From assembly GCA_040218735.1 (NCBI GenBank), contig JAVJQW010000049.1, positions 192,001 through 256,000 of the forward strand: a stretch of DNA of 64,000 nucleotides, in the 5' to 3' direction. The position numbers and the translations under genes were made by a program. Origin of the DNA: Deltaproteobacteria bacterium. GTDB lineage: Bacteria > Myxococcota > Kuafuiibacteriia > Kuafuiibacteriales > Kuafuiibacteriaceae. Within the stretch, counting starts at the first letter, position 1; every line of letters begins with the position of its first letter. The notes beneath the pieces were generated by a model. That model searched no databases. It was not told the DNA's origin and worked only from the letters and a program-made list of their open reading frames with translations. This document shows positions 43,471-51,942 of this stretch, piece after piece.

Positions 43471-46400
43471 TCAACTCACGTTCCGGCGGCGCCGACGGAG
43501 GCCGATCAGCAGGGCCAGCCCGAAGGCGGCGAGCGCCGACCGGGGGGTCTCGGAGGGCCCGGGGCGTTTCGCCACGGAACACCCACACCCGCCGTCCTCC
43601 TCGGCCTGCGTGACCGGCGTCCGGGGCGGCGGGACGATCGTGAACGACGACCCCACCACCGGCGCCCCGACGGTCGAGACGTCCCCGGTCGCCATACCCG
43701 TCGCGCGCAGGTCGTCGTTGCTCTCCAGGGCGAGCCGTAGCGTCCCGCCGGTGGCCGCGTCGGCGGCGATCTCCACCTCCGCGACCAGCGTGACGCTCGT
43801 GTCGGAGGGGATGTTCACGGCCAGGGACGGCAGCACGACGCGGCCGTCGTCGCCGTCGACGGGGGCGTTGGCGAGGATCATGTCCGTCTCGGAGGCCTCG
43901 CCGTCTTCGTCGCCGTCTACGTAGAGGCGGACCATGGCGATGGCAGAGGCGTCGTCGGCCGTACCGGAGGTGGTCAGGACCAGCTGATCCAAGGTCACGG
44001 TCTCGCCGCGCGTGAAGATCTCGAGCTGAAGCGCGGTGACGCGCTCCTCGGCGCGAACCCCACGTCCGGCGGGGGACAACACGCCGATTCGGACGTTCAG
44101 GGCCCCGACGAGGGACACCCGGGCCCCCTCCACCGGCGCGCCGGTGGCGGCGATGGCGCCCGACAGCGCACCGAATGCGGACACGTCGGCGTCGCTCTCG
44201 AGGCTGAAGGTGACCTCCTCGCCGGCCTGACCGATCCCGGACAGATCGATCGCCACCAAGAAGTGCGCCGTGGTGTTCCGGGTGACGCGCTCCGCGATCG
44301 GGCCAAACGTCGCCTTGCCGTCGTCGCCCGCTACGCGCGCGACCGGCGCGACCTCCACGTCGCCGGGATCGATCCGCCCGTCGGCGTTGGCGTCGAGGAA
44401 GAGGTGGACGTCGTCGATGCCCGTGGTGTCGTCGAGCGATCCCGAGGCCGAGACCGACAGGCGCGACAGCGTCACGTCCTCGTTGAACGCCGACGCCGCG
44501 AGCTGCAGCACCGGGACGAGCTCCGCGTTGGCCGCGACGATCTGATCCATCGGCGCCGCCGGGCCCGCCGCGATCTGGAGCGAGCCGCCGACCGTGAGCG
44601 TAGGTCCGAGGATCGGCGCGCCGACCGGGGAGGTCAGCCCCACGCTGTCACCCTCCGCGAGGACGTCGACGTTCGCGGCGATCGACACCGCGATCGACTC
44701 GTCGACGGTCGCGACCCCGTCGAGGTCCAGCACCACCAGGAGGCGACGCGGCGAGGCGGGATCCACGACCTCGTCGAGGCCCGCGATGACGGTGCGCCGG
44801 CTGTTCTCCGGGAACGTGACGCGCTCGGCGATGCGGCGGTCGGTGCCGGAGACGAGGCCGTCGTCGTCGTCGTCCGAGATCAGCGTGACCGCACCGACCG
44901 AGGCGGAGGGTGACATCGAGCCTTGCGTGGTGAGCGTGAGGCTGCGCAGGCGGAACGTCTCCCAGGTCGCCGAGACCGCGAGGTCGAGCGCGACCAAGCC
45001 GGCGTCGTCGTTCTGCACGGTCTGGTTCATCGGCGTGGAGGCCGCGCCGATGTTGAGGTGCCCCGCGACGGTCATCGTGTTGCTCACGACCGGTGCGCCG
45101 GTGACGAGCGGGTTGCCGAACGCGGAGGTCGCCGCGACATCGCTGTCGTTCGCGATGCCGACCGTGAACGTGGTGCCGGGCGTCGCGCCCGCCGCGATGT
45201 TCACCGTCGCGATCAAGAACTGCGCCTCCGTGGTGGGGACGGGGAGGGCGAGCCCGGCGAACGGAACCAGCCCGTTCGCGTCCGGAGCGGTGCCGGACGC
45301 GAGCAGCACGTCGGTGCGGTCGAGGACGCCGTCCTGGTTCACGTCGCGGAACAGATCGATCTGCGCGACGACGTCCGACGCTGCACCCGCCGAGACGCCG
45401 GTGGTCAGCGTAAGGCCCTGCAGCGTGAGCGGCTGCACCGTGGCGCCGACGCGGATCTGCAGCACCGCCGCGCGCACCGTGCCCTCCGCGACGAAGAGCC
45501 CCGGCGGGGACTGCGCGCCGCGCGAGACGACCATCGCGCCGTCCTCCTGAATGGAGAAGGAGGCGGAGTCGATCGGCGCGCCGGTCGGCGTGACGGGGCC
45601 GGAGACCGCGCAGGCGACGTCGAGGTCGAGGTTGTCCTCCAGGCGGACCGAGAAGGTCTCGAGGTTGGAGGCCGATCCGGAGAGGTCGTAGACGACGAGC
45701 CACCGCTGCGAGGCGTTGGTGCCGAGCATCCGGGCGAGGTTCGTGAAGGTCACGACGCCGTCGTCGTTCGGGAACGTCGCGGCCGCGGAGATGTCGACGT
45801 CGTTGAAGTCGACGAGGCCGTTTTCGTTGAGGTCGTGGACGAGGCGCACGCCGGCGACGTCGGCGCTGTCGTCGATGCTCCCGACGCCGCGAAGGACGAG
45901 GCCATTCACGGTGCAAGCCTCGTTGACGGCGCGCAAGTTGAGTTGCAGCACCGCCGCATTCTGCTGTGACTGGTTCACGGCGCCGCCGAGGCTGCTCTGG
46001 GCGCCGAGCGCGACCTCGAACCCGCCGCCCGCGGTGAGCAGCGCGCCGGTGAGGGGCACGCCGGTGACGCTGACCGCGCCGCTCGCGCTCGTGATCGCGA
46101 CGTCCTGCGCGGGGTCGACCGAGAGCGTGAACGTCTCGCCGCCGACGGGCGACGCGGTCATCGCGACGCGCGCGAGCAGATGCACCGCGGGGCCGACCTG
46201 GATGGCCTGCGTGAGGGCGAAGGTCACGGTGCCGTCGTTTGCGTTGAACGTGCCGGAGCCGAGCTGCGGCTCCCCCGCGCCGACCAGGCCGTTGCCGTCG
46301 CCGTCGAGGTAGAGGTCGACAGCGGCGATCCCGGTTGCGTCGTTGCCGGTGCCGCTCGCGTTCAGCGTGAGCGAAGTGATCGTGACCGGCTCGGTGTCCG

Positions 46401-49400
46401 CGACGAGGCGGAGCTGCATGGCGCCGATGCCGACCTCGTTCGGCCGCACTACGCGCGCGATCGGGGAGGCGACGCCCAGACCGACCTCCAGCGTGCCGCC
46501 CACCGTGAGGGGGTTGGCGGAGATCGGGAGGCCCGCGGCGTCGGTGATGTTCCGCCCCGCAAAGCCGGTCGCGGTGACGTAGGAGGCGTCCGGCATGTTG
46601 ATGCGCAGCGTCGTCCCGCCCTCCGCGCTGCCCGCGAAGTCGACGACGAACAAGACGTTGCGCGTCGTGCCGGCGGGGAGGCTCAACGACAGGCCCGAGA
46701 ACGTGACGACGCCGTCGTCCCCCGAGAAGGTGGACGGCGTGGACAGCGCGGTGTCGCCGGTGGTGAGCGCGCCGTCGCCGTCGTTGTCGAGGTACAGCGT
46801 CACGCCGGTGATGTCGGACTGGTCGTCGACGCTCCCCGCGGCGACGAACGACAGGCCCGTGACCGTGAACGCCTCGCCGACGCCGGTCAGCGCGACCTGC
46901 AGCACCGGCACGCCGCCCGCGGTGCGCGGGACCGTGGTCGAGGCCATCGATTGCGCGCCGCGCGCGACCATGAGCTGACCGAGCACGGTCTTCGTGCCGC
47001 CCGCCACCGGTGCGCCGCTCGTCCGCGGCACCATCCCGCTCGGGGCCATCGCGGTGAACGCGGTGTCGTTGACGATCGACAGCCCGAACGTGTTGCCCGC
47101 GACGGCGGTCCCCGCGAAGTCATAGGCGACGATCCACGACTCGTTCGCGCCGGCCGGGAGTGTCCGGCCCGGGAAGGTGAACGTGACGGTGCCGTCGTTC
47201 TGCGTGAACGACTGCGGCGTGCCGAGCGCGACGTCGCCCACCGTCTCGAGGACGCCGTTGTTGTTGGTGTCGATCCACAGCGTCGCGTTCGCGACGTCCG
47301 TGAGCTCGTTGCCGTTTCCGTTCGCGGTGAACGTCACGGAGGTGACGGTGACCGGCTCCAACACCGCGGTGAGGCGCGCCTGCATCATCACCACGTTGGC
47401 CGCGCTCGGCGTGACGGAGCCGCCGGCGGGGTTCGCGGGCCCCGCGGTGATCGTGAGCGCGCCGCCGATCGCGTGGTCGCTGCCCGCGACGGGGAGGCCG
47501 CTCGCGGTGGTCGCGCCGGAGAGGGACCCGGTCGCCGTGAAGTCGGCGGCCGAAGCGATCGACGCGCGGAACGTCTGGCCGGGCGTGGACAGCAGCGACA
47601 GGTCGTAGACGAACAACCAGCGCTCGTTGGCGCCCGCGCTCACCGTGACCGCGGGGGTGAAGTTGAAGATCGCGACGCCGTCGTCCGCGGCGAAGCTGCT
47701 GGTGCCGAGGAGGGTGTCGGTGCCGTCGACCACGCCGAACGGCGCGGTGTCACGGAGCAAGCGAACTTGCGCGACGCCCGCGTCGTCGAGCATCGATCCG
47801 GCGGCCGACAGACGGAGGCTCGACACGGTGAAGGTCTCGCCCTGCGCCGCGACCGCGACCTGGAGCACCGAGACGTCCGTGGAGCCGGGCTGGCGGTTCG
47901 TCGCGGGCGGGTTCTCCGGGCCGGTCGTGATCGAGAGACCGCCGAGGGTGGTGAGGGTGTTGCCCTGGATCGGGAACATGCCCATCGCCGTGATGGGCGC
48001 GCCCGAGGCGCCGCCCTGTGCGCCGACGTCGCCGCTCGCGTTCAGGCGGATCGCGAACGTCTCGCCGCCGGTCGGCGCGGCGGAGAAGTCGTAGGTCACG
48101 AGGTACGTGCGCGTCGCGGCGGCGGGGACGGACTCGCCGCCGGTGCTGAACGTGACGATGCCGTCGTTGGTCGCGAAGGTCTGCGGGAGGCCGACCGCGA
48201 CGTCGCCGCCGTCCACCGTGCCGTTGGCGTTCACGTCGCGGTACAGGCGCACGCGTGCGACGTGCGTGGTTTCGTTGCCGCTGCCGCTCGCCGTGAAGGT
48301 GAGGGTGTCGAGGTCCACCGCCTCGGCCTGCGCCGAGAACTGCACCTGGAGCATCGGGACGTTCGTGGCGTTGGGCTGCGCGGTCCCCGCGGGGTTGCTC
48401 GCCGCGCCGAGCGCCGCGGTGAGCGCGCCGCCGACGGTGCCGTCGTTGCCGATGACCGGGGCGCCGGTGAGCGCGCGCTGGCCGGTGGGGGGGACGGCGC
48501 CGGACGCGATGCCGGTCGCGACGATGTCGCCGGGGCTCGCGAAGATGGTGCGGAAGGTCGCGCCGCCGTTCGCGGTGCCGGCGAGATCGTAGACCACGAT
48601 GAAGTCGCGCCACGTGCTCGCGGGGATGTTCTGCGCCGCGAAGGTGAACGTGATGCGGCCGTCGTTCTGCGTGAAGGTCTGCGCGCCGCCGAGCTGCGTG
48701 TCGGTGGCCTGGTAGACGCCGTCGCCGTTGTTGTCGCGGTACAGGCGCGCGGCGTTGATCTGCGTGACGTCGTTCAGCGTGCCGCCCGCCGTGAACGACA
48801 GGCTCGTGAGGTCGAAGGTCTCGTTCACCGCGGTGACGCGGAGCTGGAGCGTCGCGAGGTTCGAAGCACCCGCGGGGATCACGGACGGCGCCATGCTGTT
48901 CGGGCCGAGGCCCACGGCGAGGCGCCCGGCGATCGTGACGGTGTCGCCGAGGAACCCACCGGTGCCGTTCGTCGTGCCGGACACGTACGGGGCGCCGACG
49001 TTCGAGCCGACGTCCGAGGCCTGCTGGATGCGCGCGGTGAACGTCTCGCCGCCGACCGGGGACGTGTTGAAGTCGTAGACGACGAGCCACTCCTCGGTGG
49101 TGCCGACGGTGAGCGTTCGGTTCGGCGAGAGGATCACCGCGCCGTCGTTGCCGTTGTAGGTGCCGGTCGCGATCACCGGCTCACCGGCGTCGGCGACGCC
49201 GTCCTGGTCCTGGTCGACGACGAGCCGCACCGTCTGCACGTCGAGGAAGTCGTCGCCGGTGCCGCTCGCGCGCACGGTGAGCGGGCCGACGGTGGTGTTC
49301 GTGGTGCCGCCGCGGATGCGGAACGCGAGCATCGTAACGTTGGACGCGCCCGCGACCTGGAAGGTGTCGCCCGGGTTGCTGTCCGCGAGCTTGAGGAAGA

Positions 49401-50097
49401 ACACCGGCTGCACGTTCACGCGCATGCCGACGTTGCCGATCGTCCAGATCGAGCTTCGCGTCGCGAAGTTGTCGTTGGTGAAGATGCTCGTCCCGACGGG
49501 GCTCAGCGCGGACTCGTCGACCGCGAAGTTCATGAACGCGTCCCAGTAGATGTACTTGATCGCGTAGAAGACCCGGCCCGGTGCGTCGAAGATCGTGCCG
49601 GCGGGGAGCGTCCACTGGTCCGGGAACAGCGTCCACGGCGGCGACGTGTACGTGGAGCCGGACCCGCTGAAGTTCACGTCGGGGAGCACGGAGTAGCGCT
49701 GGTTCTGGACCGGCACCGTGTACGTGATGGCACCCTGTGCGAAGACGGGGTTGGCGAGGTCGGGGGTGAGGCCGCCGGCGTCGACGGTGAGGTTCGCGGG
49801 GGCGATGACGCGCGCGTCCCAGTCGGGGGACGCGGTGCAAGTCGTGTTGCAAGGCTGCGTCTGACAGCAGAACTCGTCGACGTAGTACATCGTTGCGCTC
49901 GTCACCGCGAACGGGAACTCGTACGGCGGCGTGTACGCGACGCCGATCCAGTCGCCGTCTCCGGCGTTGGGCGCGGTGAGGGACCACATGCTGTCGAAGG
50001 TGCCGTCGTCGGCCTGGAGCGTGACGTTCTGGGCGACGGCGTTCGTAGCGGAGCCGAAGGTGAGGAGCGCGAGGAGGGGGATGTGAATTCGGTCCAT
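43471..50097 (-). CDS. Giant MYXO-CTERM surface protein with 12 tandem ~160-aa beta-rich repeats (adhesin-like)
   Basis: Signal peptide ending in AVA. Twelve repeats each contain a D-x-D/N-x-D/N-G-like loop and F..NDG.V.F. C-terminus GGCGCSV...LALLIGLRRRRR. Confidence 0.85.
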   Translation of the reverse strand: MDRIHIPLLALLTFGSATNAVAQNVTLQADDGTFDSMWSLTAPNAGDGDWIGVAYTPPYEFPFAVTSATMYYVDEFCCQTQPCNTTCTASPDWDARVIAPANLTVDAGGLTPDLANPVFAQGAITYTVPVQNQRYSVLPDVNFSGSGSTYTSPPWTLFPDQWTLPAGTIFDAPGRVFYAIKYIYWDAFMNFAVDESALSPVGTSIFTNDNFATRSSIWTIGNVGMRVNVQPVFFLKLADSNPGDTFQVAGASNVTMLAFRIRGGTTNTTVGPLTVRASGTGDDFLDVQTVRLVVDQDQDGVADAGEPVIATGTYNGNDGAVILSPNRTLTVGTTEEWLVVYDFNTSPVGGETFTARIQQASDVGSNVGAPYVSGTTNGTGGFLGDTVTIAGRLAVGLGPNSMAPSVIPAGASNLATLQLRVTAVNETFDLTSLSFTAGGTLNDVTQINAARLYRDNNGDGVYQATDTQLGGAQTFTQNDGRITFTFAAQNIPASTWRDFIVVYDLAGTANGGATFRTIFASPGDIVATGIASGAVPPTGQRALTGAPVIGNDGTVGGALTAALGAASNPAGTAQPNATNVPMLQVQFSAQAEAVDLDTLTFTASGSGNETTHVARVRLYRDVNANGTVDGGDVAVGLPQTFATNDGIVTFSTGGESVPAAATRTYLVTYDFSAAPTGGETFAIRLNASGDVGAQGGASGAPITAMGMFPIQGNTLTTLGGLSITTGPENPPATNRQPGSTDVSVLQVAVAAQGETFTVSSLRLSAAGSMLDDAGVAQVRLLRDTAPFGVVDGTDTLLGTSSFAADDGVAIFNFTPAVTVSAGANERWLFVYDLSLLSTPGQTFRASIASAADFTATGSLSGATTASGLPVAGSDHAIGGALTITAGPANPAGGSVTPSAANVVMMQARLTAVLEPVTVTSVTFTANGNGNELTDVANATLWIDTNNNGVLETVGDVALGTPQSFTQNDGTVTFTFPGRTLPAGANESWIVAYDFAGTAVAGNTFGLSIVNDTAFTAMAPSGMVPRTSGAPVAGGTKTVLGQLMVARGAQSMASTTVPRTAGGVPVLQVALTGVGEAFTVTGLSFVAAGSVDDQSDITGVTLYLDNDGDGALTTGDTALSTPSTFSGDDGVVTFSGLSLSLPAGTTRNVLFVVDFAGSAEGGTTLRINMPDASYVTATGFAGRNITDAAGLPISANPLTVGGTLEVGLGVASPIARVVRPNEVGIGAMQLRLVADTEPVTITSLTLNASGTGNDATGIAAVDLYLDGDGNGLVGAGEPQLGSGTFNANDGTVTFALTQAIQVGPAVHLLARVAMTASPVGGETFTLSVDPAQDVAITSASGAVSVTGVPLTGALLTAGGGFEVALGAQSSLGGAVNQSQQNAAVLQLNLRAVNEACTVNGLVLRGVGSIDDSADVAGVRLVHDLNENGLVDFNDVDISAAATFPNDDGVVTFTNLARMLGTNASQRWLVVYDLSGSASNLETFSVRLEDNLDLDVACAVSGPVTPTGAPIDSASFSIQEDGAMVVSRGAQSPPGLFVAEGTVRAAVLQIRVGATVQPLTLQGLTLTTGVSAGAASDVVAQIDLFRDVNQDGVLDRTDVLLASGTAPDANGLVPFAGLALPVPTTEAQFLIATVNIAAGATPGTTFTVGIANDSDVAATSAFGNPLVTGAPVVSNTMTVAGHLNIGAASTPMNQTVQNDDAGLVALDLAVSATWETFRLRSLTLTTQGSMSPSASVGAVTLISDDDDDGLVSGTDRRIAERVTFPENSRRTVIAGLDEVVDPASPRRLLVVLDLDGVATVDESIAVSIAANVDVLAEGDSVGLTSPVGAPILGPTLTVGGSLQIAAGPAAPMDQIVAANAELVPVLQLAASAFNEDVTLSRLSVSASGSLDDTTGIDDVHLFLDANADGRIDPGDVEVAPVARVAGDDGKATFGPIAERVTRNTTAHFLVAIDLSGIGQAGEEVTFSLESDADVSAFGALSGAIAATGAPVEGARVSLVGALNVRIGVLSPAGRGVRAEERVTALQLEIFTRGETVTLDQLVLTTSGTADDASAIAMVRLYVDGDEDGEASETDMILANAPVDGDDGRVVLPSLAVNIPSDTSVTLVAEVEIAADAATGGTLRLALESNDDLRATGMATGDVSTVGAPVVGSSFTIVPPPRTPVTQAEEDGGCGCSVAKRPGPSETPRSALAAFGLALLIGLRRRRRNVS

Positions 50098-50102
50098 GAC
50101 AA

Positions 50103-51716
50103 TCACCGGATCGTGTCGAGGCGGGTGAGGAGGCCCTCGGGCCAGGAGAGGGTGGCGACGTCCCAGGTCTCGGCCGACACCGGGATCGTCGCGGGGTACA
50201 CGGCGATCTGGACGTCGCCGAGGAAGACCTCCAGCGTCGCGCCGGTCGGGCCTTCGGGCGAGGCCGCGACGACGTTCACCTGCAGCGTGTAGACGCCGCC
50301 CGCGGGGGCGGTGACCGCGACGGACTCTTCGGCGCCGTTCGCGGTGAACGCGGGATCACCGCCGGGTCCCGGCGGGGCCCAGTCGGGCGTGGGGTTGTCG
50401 AAGAAGCAGTCGCCGAGCGAGCCGAGCGCGGCGCCGGGGGAGACGACGTGCAGGTCGAGGTCGGTGCCGGGGCGATCCCAGGTCAGCACGACGCGGACGT
50501 CCTCGCCCGCCTCCGCGGTGACCTCGGCGCGTGCGTCGTTCGTGGAGGCGAGGCCCTGGGCGTCGCGGACCTCGAGGCCTGCGACGTAGCGACCCGGGCG
50601 ATCGACGACGAACGCGGTGACTTCGGCGGTGGGATCCTCGAACGCGGCGCGGCTGCCTTCGGGGCGCGAGACGAAGCGCCAGCGGTAGGTGATGGCGTCG
50701 CCCTCGGGATCGTTCGAGCCCACGCCGCTCACGTCGATCCGCGTGCCGGGGAGGATCGGGGGCGTGGGCGCGGGATCGAGGTTCACGACCGCGACGGGCG
50801 GGAGGTTGTCGGGTCGTCCGAGGATCGGGACGACGACCGCGGGGCGCTCGAGGTCGTTCGACTCGATGACGAGCTGCGCGCTTCCGCGGTCGGTGACGCC
50901 CGGGGCGTAGTCGATGTCGATCACCGCGGTCCCGCCCGGGAGGAGCGGATCGATCCGCGCGTCGGAGACGACGGCGAAGCCGCGTCGCTCGAGCGGGGGC
51001 GAGGTGTCGACGTCCTCGCGGCACGCCATGTAGCCGGTGGTGTCGGTGGTACAGACGTACCCCGCGGGGCAGTCCGAGGCGCCGGTGCAGGCCTCGGCGC
51101 AGATCAGCCCGGAGAGCGATGGGGTGCAGCGGCCCTCCTGGCAGTCGCCGTCGCGGAAGCAGGCCTCGCCGGCGAAGCCTCCGGTCCGCAACGAGATGCG
51201 ATCCACGACGAGGGTCGCGTCGCCCGCGCTCTCGATCCGGACCGATCCCGACACCCGTCCGCCGCTCTCGATGTTGCCGAGCTCGAGCGTCGCGGGGGCG
51301 ACGGCGATGCGGGCGAAGGTGCGCTCGCTGGAGAGGGGGACGCCGACGTACGGGTTGTCGAGCGCGTCGGTCTCGATCTCGAGGAGGCCCGCGTCGGGAT
51401 CGGCGTCGTTGGGGGTGTAGGTGACGCGCACGGTCGCGGAAGTACCCGCGGCGATCTCGGTCGGGAGCTCCCCGAGCGTGAAGACGGGCGCGGAGCCGTC
51501 CGAGAAAGCGATCCGATCGACGCGGAGCGTCGCGGACGGGGCGTCGTTGGTGAGGACGAGGTCGACGCTGCGCGACTGGCCCGTCGGGACCTTACCGAAC
51601 GCGATCTGTTCGGGCGCGACGGTCATCGTCGCGCGCGCGCTGAGGACCTCCGGCTCGCAGCTCGTGAGGGCCCAGGCCGCGAGGAGAGTAGGTCCGAGAA
51701 CCCGTGCGTCGTACAC
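50103..51716 (-). CDS. Cys-rich lipoprotein with Ig-like (choice-of-anchor D/PKD-like) domains
   Basis: Lipobox LTSC, IAFGKV/VTYTP and IDYAP Ig-like repeats, Cys-rich insert, NLPPVA...SNDPEGD.ITYRW PKD-like, LTWD...DLDLH. Start GTG at 51716; its stop lies 5 nt upstream of the adhesin ATG. Confidence 0.72.
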   Translation of the reverse strand: MYDARVLGPTLLAAWALTSCEPEVLSARATMTVAPEQIAFGKVPTGQSRSVDLVLTNDAPSATLRVDRIAFSDGSAPVFTLGELPTEIAAGTSATVRVTYTPNDADPDAGLLEIETDALDNPYVGVPLSSERTFARIAVAPATLELGNIESGGRVSGSVRIESAGDATLVVDRISLRTGGFAGEACFRDGDCQEGRCTPSLSGLICAEACTGASDCPAGYVCTTDTTGYMACREDVDTSPPLERRGFAVVSDARIDPLLPGGTAVIDIDYAPGVTDRGSAQLVIESNDLERPAVVVPILGRPDNLPPVAVVNLDPAPTPPILPGTRIDVSGVGSNDPEGDAITYRWRFVSRPEGSRAAFEDPTAEVTAFVVDRPGRYVAGLEVRDAQGLASTNDARAEVTAEAGEDVRVVLTWDRPGTDLDLHVVSPGAALGSLGDCFFDNPTPDWAPPGPGGDPAFTANGAEESVAVTAPAGGVYTLQVNVVAASPEGPTGATLEVFLGDVQIAVYPATIPVSAETWDVATLSWPEGLLTRLDTIR

Positions 51717-51746
51717 CCTCGGTGGTGTACCCCGTCCGTCGACGGG

Positions 51747-51875
51747 GTCAACGGACACGGGGCGGATGCGTCCTTCAGGCCACAGGGGGACGGGCCGGGA
51801 TTGAATCGAGCCCGGTAGACGTTGTCGCCCACCGAGCCGCCCTGCGATTTCCGGCATCCGCCCCGCGTCGTTGAC
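51747..51875. repeat. About 22-bp imperfect inverted repeat flanking the divergent promoter region, each arm ending in an outward TTGAC
   Basis: GTCAACGGACACGGGGCGGATGC (51747-51769) versus GCATCCGCCCCGCGTCGTTGAC (51854-51875). Confidence 0.65.
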
Positions 51876-51942
51876 AGGGGTGGCGAGGTAGGGCTAAGCG
51901 GCCTCCCCATTAGGATCTCCGCGTCCAAGGAGCTTTGATTAG

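Noticed and set aside
46180-50292. 1370-aa ORF antisense to the adhesin, and similar long Arg/Ala-rich ORFs (27819..31019, 55935..58196, 11698..13929)
   Set aside because: These are shadow frames caused by high GC3. They have no motifs and a composition typical of non-coding frames.
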